From contig JBLDXI010000019.1 of the NCBI GenBank assembly GCA_047495785.1, forward strand, positions 2,852,001-2,916,000: 64,000 nt of DNA, given 5' to 3'. Under the pieces are notes generated by a model. That model made no database searches, had not been told where the DNA came from, and saw only the letters and a list, made by a program, of their open reading frames with translations. Below are positions 63,840-64,000 of this stretch, piece by piece. The translations under genes were made by a program, and so were the position numbers. This DNA is from Lepidodermella squamata. Taxonomy: Eukaryota > Animalia > Gastrotricha. The stretch's first letter is position 1; the number at the start of each line of letters is the position of its first letter.

Positions 63840-64000
63840 AGAAAAATCTTTCCAATCTTGAAAATTCTTTTCTCTACGCCAGGAGCTCGCTGTACCTAAG
63901 CATGGCCAGTAAAAAATTTGAAAAAATTTCTCGAATTCTTTTTAATTTCGGCTCATTTCCTAATAAACAGGAAAAGTCGGGTTGTCCCAATTTCAGACAG
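63840..64000 (+). repeat. Third copy of the NB-ARC gene upstream region
   Basis: ctcatttcctaa...cccaatttcagacag matches 45261-45299 and 51950-51989. Confidence 0.55.

Overview
This is eukaryotic, intron-containing DNA from an invertebrate animal. Many introns are short (about 50-70 nt), and the chitin-binding (CBM14) + LamG module hints at a spiralian/lophotrochozoan (inference). The window is a cluster of duplicated genes for surface, secreted or defence-type proteins, interspersed with non-autonomous transposons. (1) 2.3-30.1 kb, minus strand: five tandem paralogous type-I membrane proteins. Each has a signal peptide, one or two divergent ~200-aa beta-rich N-terminal domains (types A and B), a Ser/Thr mucin stalk, a near-invariant TSP1-like + Cys-rich module with an RR(K/R)R furin site, a TM helix and an NPYY tail. 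(2) 31.3-42.6 kb, minus strand: two papain-family (C1A) protease genes with unusual N-termini. One carries CBM14 x2-3 + LamG, resembling Pif shell-matrix proteins. The other carries Thr/Lys/Cys-rich repeats on phase-0 micro-exons and has a 9-nt micro-exon beside the catalytic Cys. (3) 43.3-44.2 kb: a foldback element enclosing a broken OTU deubiquitinase. (4) 45.7-56.0 kb, plus strand: two tandem APAF-1/CED-4-like NB-ARC + ankyrin genes. The second is frameshifted, and a third is predicted just beyond the window. (5) 58.0-58.9 kb, minus strand: a two-exon secreted prepropeptide. Its signal-peptide exon is absent from the ORF track, and it encodes 18 KR-flanked copies of YRPREEN(V/L)QEA. All gene models were spliced by eye and no database searches were run.
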